Shown: in pieces, positions 59,317 through 64,000 of the stretch
How positions within the stretch are numbered: position 1 is the first letter of the stretch
How the letters are laid out: each line of letters opens with the position of its first letter
Source: Candidatus Helarchaeota archaeon
GTDB lineage: Archaea; Asgardarchaeota; Lokiarchaeia; Helarchaeales; RDOG01
Direction: 5' to 3'
Length of the DNA stretch: 64,000 nt
Assembly (NCBI GenBank): GCA_019058315.1
Contig: JAHPZH010000003.1
Coordinates: 137,669-201,668, forward strand
The notes under the pieces: model-generated
Told to the model about the DNA's origin: nothing
Database searches by the model: none
The model's input: only the letters and a program-made list of their open reading frames with translations
Program-made: the position numbers and the translations under genes

Positions 59317-59820
59317 TTGATTCAATTTGAAAGGAATTTTGGCGAAAAAATTTCGAAGGTTTGGGGAGTTCTTGCAATGCTTTGGATATTTAATATGTGG
59401 CTCAATTCTTTGTTAAAACAAAATTTACTTACAATATTTGGGTCATTTGTACTTTTTAGTAATGTTATTATATCCGTCTTTAACAGCATTTTTACATTTT
59501 TCTATGGGAGTCACTTAAAAAAGCATTATGAGCAATATACGAATAATAATGTGTGTGATTATTGCGGAAAAGATGTACAAAAAATTAAAATAAGGAGTTA
59601 TATTCATTTTAAAACTATATTTTGTAAAAAATGCCATATAAATATCAACCTTATTTTTATTTTTTCCATGGAATTGATTGTATTTATCAATTTTTTAATT
59701 TTCTTTCTTTTTATTCCCCCTTCAGCAGATGGAAAATATTTTCTATTGGGATTTCTCTTCTTCCTAATATTATTTTCTATAACCTCTCTTTATGGTATTA
59801 TTAGGATATTTAGATATTAA
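59317..59820 (+). CDS. Four-TM protein with central CxxC/CxxC zinc finger
   Basis: 2 TM, CDYC-x19-CKKCH, 2 TM; GGAGG SD; paralog of 44523..45068. Confidence 0.7.
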   Translation: MIQFERNFGEKISKVWGVLAMLWIFNMWLNSLLKQNLLTIFGSFVLFSNVIISVFNSIFTFFYGSHLKKHYEQYTNNNVCDYCGKDVQKIKIRSYIHFKTIFCKKCHININLIFIFSMELIVFINFLIFFLFIPPSADGKYFLLGFLFFLILFSITSLYGIIRIFRY

Positions 59821-59860
59821 TTTAAAAAATGATTAAAAATATAAGGAGATATTTAATCAA

Positions 59861-60997
59861 ATGTCCCGTATAATAATGTGTGTGGACATGGACTCATTTT
59901 ATGCTTCTGTTGAAATACGGGACAATCCAAAACTGGTGGATAAGCCTGTAGCCGTGGGAGCGGGGAATATAGAAATGAAATCTGAAGGAGTCAGGTTAGG
60001 AGATTATAAAGAAATCTCTGGAGCAATAACTACATGTTCATATGTAGCCAGAAAATATGGCGTGAAATCTGGAATGAGATTAAGTGCTGTTAGAAAGTTA
60101 TGTCCTGATTGTATTCTCGTTCCACCTAGAATGCAACGTTATAAAGAAATTTCTGATCAAATAATGGAATTACTTGAAAATTTTGTTGATCACGAAAATT
60201 TTGAGGTCCGAAGTATTGATGAGGCATTTTTAGATATAACAGAAAATGTTAAGAATTTCGAAGAAGCTGAGCAGTTTGGATTTAATATTAAGAATGAGAT
60301 AAAGGAACAAATTGGACTTACTTGTTCGGTTGGTATTGGACCAACAAAGTCAATTGCCAAAATAGCATCAGGAACGAATAAACCTGATGGTTTAACCATT
60401 GTATTTCCTCGAAATGTTGAAGAATTTTTAAAAGATCTTCCTGTTAAAAAGATACCAGGAATAGGAAAAAAAACTGCAGAGCGATTAAAAAAAGAATTGG
60501 GTATAGAAACAATTGGTCATTTGGCATCAATTAAAGATTTGCAGAAATTGAAAAAATTGTTTGGAAAAAATGCAATATATTTCTATTACGTTGCAAATGG
60601 AATAGATCAATCTCGTGTGATGCCGAGATCTGGAATAAAATCAATTTCTAATCAAAAAACTTTTAGCAAGCCAATAGCGGATGAAAAAACAATTAAGGAG
60701 ACTATTTTAAAATTAGCAGAAAGAATATACAAGAGGTTAAAAAAAGGAAATTTGGAATTCAAAACCGTAACGATTAATATTCCTTTTGATGTAAAAACTT
60801 TTCATTCTAAAAGTATTTCATTAAAACATTACTCAAATTCCTTAGAAACTATTATAAATACTGCGAATCAAATTTGGGATGAAAATATTGCACCCGAAAT
60901 TACTTCAATAAGAAGACTTTCATTAAAAATTTCAAACCTTAGAAAAATTCAAACAAAACAAAAAGACCTAACATATTGGTTTAAAAATAATAAATAA
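59861..60997 (+). CDS. dinB: DNA polymerase IV (Y family)
   Basis: VDMDSFYASVE, SYVARKYGV, SIDEAFLD, AKIAS..KPDG, IPGIGKKT; C-terminal PIP box QKDLTYWF. Confidence 0.96.
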   Translation: MSRIIMCVDMDSFYASVEIRDNPKLVDKPVAVGAGNIEMKSEGVRLGDYKEISGAITTCSYVARKYGVKSGMRLSAVRKLCPDCILVPPRMQRYKEISDQIMELLENFVDHENFEVRSIDEAFLDITENVKNFEEAEQFGFNIKNEIKEQIGLTCSVGIGPTKSIAKIASGTNKPDGLTIVFPRNVEEFLKDLPVKKIPGIGKKTAERLKKELGIETIGHLASIKDLQKLKKLFGKNAIYFYYVANGIDQSRVMPRSGIKSISNQKTFSKPIADEKTIKETILKLAERIYKRLKKGNLEFKTVTINIPFDVKTFHSKSISLKHYSNSLETIINTANQIWDENIAPEITSIRRLSLKISNLRKIQTKQKDLTYWFKNNK

Positions 60998-61191
60998 AAC
61001 TTAAAGATATTATTTAGCATAAGACTAAAAATAGCTCAATATATACCTATTTTTCTAAATTTTGGTGTCATAGGTACATTCGCTATAATTTAATATATTA
61101 GGAAACGATTCATATATTGATATTTTTAAGATAGAAAACTAATTAATTTAGTTTGATCTAAAAAAATTTATTAACTTAATTTAATATTTTA

Positions 61192-61245
61192 TTGACTTAG
61201 TTTAATTAATTTTAAACCCAAAGGGGGTTAAAAATTAATTGTCAA
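61192..61245. promoter_or_regulatory. Imperfect inverted repeat upstream of the surface-protein gene
   Basis: aattaattttaaaccc-aaagg-gggttaaaaattaatt (15/16 pairs), flanked by ttgac...gtcaa; ends ~10 nt before the GGTGA SD. Confidence 0.4.
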
Positions 61246-61268
61246 AAAACGTTTTGGTGAGATTTACC

Positions 61269-64000
61269 ATGAGAAAAATTAAGAGGATAGTAGTAATTTT
61301 AATTATATTACTTTTTCCGGCAATTTTGCAAAATTTTTTAAATAAATCACCCCTAATACCAAATTTTAATCATTTAACAAATCATAGAGAATCTATGAAT
61401 ATGTTAACTTGGGAAGATAATGGTACTGTCGTATGTAATGCAAGTAATACCCAAGCATTTTCTCGAATTTGTAGTGATGGGATAGGTGGAGCGATAATTG
61501 CATGGATGGATTTTAGAAATGGAAATTATGACATGTATGTACAAAGAATATTTGCAAATGGAAGTATTGCATGGACAACCAACGGTGTAGCAATATGTAC
61601 AGCGATAGATCACCAAGAGTGGGGTCAGATTTGTTCCGATGGGGCGGGTGGAGCGATAATAGCTTGGCAAGATGGTAGAGGGGGAAGTGATTGGGATATA
61701 TACGCTCAAAAAATACTCACAGATGGAAATGTTGCATGGACGGCTAATGGTATTCCGATATGTACGGCGATAAATGATCAAACAGCACTACAGATCGTTT
61801 CTGATGGATCTGGGGGTGCAATAATTACCTGGACAGATAGTAGGAGTGGGGCTGATATATACGCGCAGAAAGTATTCACAAATGGGACTGTTGCATGGAC
61901 AGTTGGCGGTACCCCTATATCTACAGCGAGTAATAACCAAAATTCTCCACAAATATGTGGTGATGGCTCAGGTGGAGCAATAATAACTTGGGGAGATACG
62001 AGAGATTTTACAAATGATGTATACGCACAAAAAATATTTGCAAATGGAAGTGTTGCATGGATAAATAATGGTGTTGTAATTAGTAATGCAAGTTATCAGC
62101 AATCAACCCCTCAGATTTGTTCCGATGGGGCAGGAGGGGCAATAATAACTTGGAGGGACAGTAGATTTGGAATCAATTTCGAGGTATATGCACAAAAAAT
62201 ATTTGCGAATGGAACTACAGCATGGTTGGCTAACGGATCTGAAATATGTACTTCAGTATATGATCAAGATTATCCTGAAATTTGCAGTGATGGGGCAGGT
62301 GGAGCTATTATAACTTGGAGGGATAATAGAAGTGGAATTACTTGGGACATTTATGCTCAAAAAATATTTACAAATGGAAGTATTGCATGGTCACCCAACG
62401 GCATCCCAATATGTACAGCAATTGATAGACAAGAACTTCCTCAGATTTGTTCCGATGGGGCTGGTGGGGCAATAATTACTTGGAGAGATAATAGAAATAG
62501 TAATTATGATATATATGCTCAAAAAGTATTTGCAAATAAAAGTACTGCATGGACAATTAACGGCATCACTCTATGTAATGCGAGTGATAGCCAAGATGGT
62601 CCCGAAATTTGTTGCGATGGAATGGGCGGGGCAATTATTTCATGGATGGATTTTAGAAATGGTCTTGATCATGATATTTATGCACAATTAATTGATGAAA
62701 GCATTCCCGTAATACTCGGTATAGAGCAAATCCCTATTTCACCAGATAATATAGATTCAGTGAATATAACTGCACATATAACAGATAATGTGGGTCTTAG
62801 TCTCATTACAATAATTTCAAACCACACCGGTATTCCAACAGATTATAGTATGGATTTATTATCAGGTTCAGCTCAAGATAGTTATTGGAACTATACCATA
62901 CCATCTGTAATTGCAGGAACTACGGTTACATATTCGATCTGGGCAAATGACACTTCTAATAACCAGATTATCGATGGACCATATCAATACACTGTGGGAG
63001 ATGGCGAGAATCCTAACATTATTTCCATTTCAAGAGAACCAATAAATCCAAATAACACAAACATAGTAAATGTTTCTGTCCATATAACAGATAATGTAGG
63101 AGTGAGTACTGTTTTATTAAATTCAAATTATACAGGCACTTCATTAGATTACGTCATGGAATTTTTATCGGGAACAGCTCAAGATAGTTATTGGAACTAT
63201 ACTATACCATTTGTAGTTGCAGGAACTACGGTTACATATTCGATCTGGGCAAATGACACTTCTAATAACCAGATTATCGATGGACCATATCAATACACTG
63301 TGGGAGATGGCGAGAATCCTAACATTATTTCCATTTCAAGAGAACCAATAAATCCAAATAACACAAACATAGTAAATGTTTCTGTCCATATAACAGATAA
63401 TGTAGGAGTGAGTACTGTTTTATTAAATTCAAATTATACAGGCACTTCATTAGATTACGTCATGGAATTTTTATCGGGAACAGCTCAAGATAGTTATTGG
63501 AACTATACTATACCGCCTATAGCTCTAGGAACTACGGTTACATATTCGATCTGGGCAAATGACACTTCCAATAATCCCGATACAGCAGGACCATATCAAT
63601 ATTTAGTAAGTGATAATGAGAATCCAGATATAGTTAGTACAACAAGAGTTCCATTAAATCCCGGTAACCTAAACACTGTAAATATCACGGCACATATAAC
63701 CGACAATATAGGCACAGATGTAGTTATAATAAGTTCGAATCACACAGGTAGTCCTACAAATTACAGCATGAATTTCCTATCGGGAACAATTCAAGATGGT
63801 TATTGGAACTTTACCATTCCTGCCATTGCTGTCGGAACGACGGTTGAATATTCAATTTGGGCAAATGACACTTCTAATAATTCCGATACAGCGGGACCAT
63901 ATCAATATTTAGTTAGTGATAATGAGAATCCGAATATAATTGGCATGTCAAGAGTTCCATTAAATCCCGGTAACTTAAACACGACAATCATCTCGGTCCA
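61269..64000 (+). CDS. Large secreted/surface glycoprotein: signal anchor, 8-repeat beta-propeller, tandem ~102-aa Ig-like repeats; truncated by window end
   Basis: Manual translation from ATG 61269 (GGTGA SD): MRKIKRIVVILIILLFPAIL...; 8x (S/G/C)DGxGGAIIxWxDxR..D/E-x-YxQ; then D.ENP.I...V.ITDN.G...WNYTIP...YSIWANDTSNN repeats; many NxT/S sequons; no stop to the window end. Confidence 0.9.
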   Translation, partial: MRKIKRIVVILIILLFPAILQNFLNKSPLIPNFNHLTNHRESMNMLTWEDNGTVVCNASNTQAFSRICSDGIGGAIIAWMDFRNGNYDMYVQRIFANGSIAWTTNGVAICTAIDHQEWGQICSDGAGGAIIAWQDGRGGSDWDIYAQKILTDGNVAWTANGIPICTAINDQTALQIVSDGSGGAIITWTDSRSGADIYAQKVFTNGTVAWTVGGTPISTASNNQNSPQICGDGSGGAIITWGDTRDFTNDVYAQKIFANGSVAWINNGVVISNASYQQSTPQICSDGAGGAIITWRDSRFGINFEVYAQKIFANGTTAWLANGSEICTSVYDQDYPEICSDGAGGAIITWRDNRSGITWDIYAQKIFTNGSIAWSPNGIPICTAIDRQELPQICSDGAGGAIITWRDNRNSNYDIYAQKVFANKSTAWTINGITLCNASDSQDGPEICCDGMGGAIISWMDFRNGLDHDIYAQLIDESIPVILGIEQIPISPDNIDSVNITAHITDNVGLSLITIISNHTGIPTDYSMDLLSGSAQDSYWNYTIPSVIAGTTVTYSIWANDTSNNQIIDGPYQYTVGDGENPNIISISREPINPNNTNIVNVSVHITDNVGVSTVLLNSNYTGTSLDYVMEFLSGTAQDSYWNYTIPFVVAGTTVTYSIWANDTSNNQIIDGPYQYTVGDGENPNIISISREPINPNNTNIVNVSVHITDNVGVSTVLLNSNYTGTSLDYVMEFLSGTAQDSYWNYTIPPIALGTTVTYSIWANDTSNNPDTAGPYQYLVSDNENPDIVSTTRVPLNPGNLNTVNITAHITDNIGTDVVIISSNHTGSPTNYSMNFLSGTIQDGYWNFTIPAIAVGTTVEYSIWANDTSNNSDTAGPYQYLVSDNENPNIIGMSRVPLNPGNLNTTIISV
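62694..64000 (+). repeat. 306-bp intragenic tandem repeat (units start 62694, 63000, 63306, 63612, 63918)
   Basis: 62911-63208 is identical to 63217-63514 (298 bp); other units are more diverged. Confidence 0.95.

Noticed and set aside
61440-62690. Regularly spaced ~160-bp repeats resembling a CRISPR or DGR pattern
   Set aside because: They are degenerate in-frame protein repeats (propeller blades); no cas or reverse transcriptase gene is present.
3555-62691. Numerous short antisense or overlapping ORFs in the ORF track (e.g. 9570..10007, 28765..29193, 30036..30527, 54696..55121, 61404..61781)
   Set aside because: They lie inside well-supported genes on the other strand or frame and have no motifs; they are shadow ORFs.

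Overview
AT-rich archaeal chromosomal window. It is almost certainly Asgard (Loki/Hel-type), judged from aIF-6, prefoldin alpha, FtsY, archaeal DtdA, GGTGA/GGAGG Shine-Dalgarno sites and many eukaryotic-signature domains (gelsolin-like, longin-like, roadblock, WD40+PCI-like, RING-like, PH-like). It holds about 65 CDS and one tRNA gene. Metabolic blocks include a DapL-type lysine pathway (dapA, dapB, lysA, dapL) with a divergent ACT-domain gene, a GlcD/GlcF-like pair, twin thiolases with an acyl-CoA ligase, acetoacetyl-CoA synthetase, an AOR and an ABC-2 exporter. I found no CRISPR array, transposase or integrase. Most notable: (i) a gelsolin+domain-X gene followed by a stand-alone domain-X gene, plus a separate coiled-coil protein ending in a divergent gelsolin-like domain; (ii) tandem membrane-anchored C4H-type RING-like proteins next to a WD40-coiled coil-PCI-like protein, and a HEAT-RING protein; (iii) a tRNA-Gln(CTG) with two non-canonical introns (21/22 and 59/60) and C33; (iv) two genes that appear to need near-cognate start codons (ACG, ATC); (v) an orphan DNA methyltransferase with a PIP-box-like tail; (vi) a large surface protein with 306-bp tandem repeats running off the window end. 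All assignments come from motif recognition by eye; no database searches were run.
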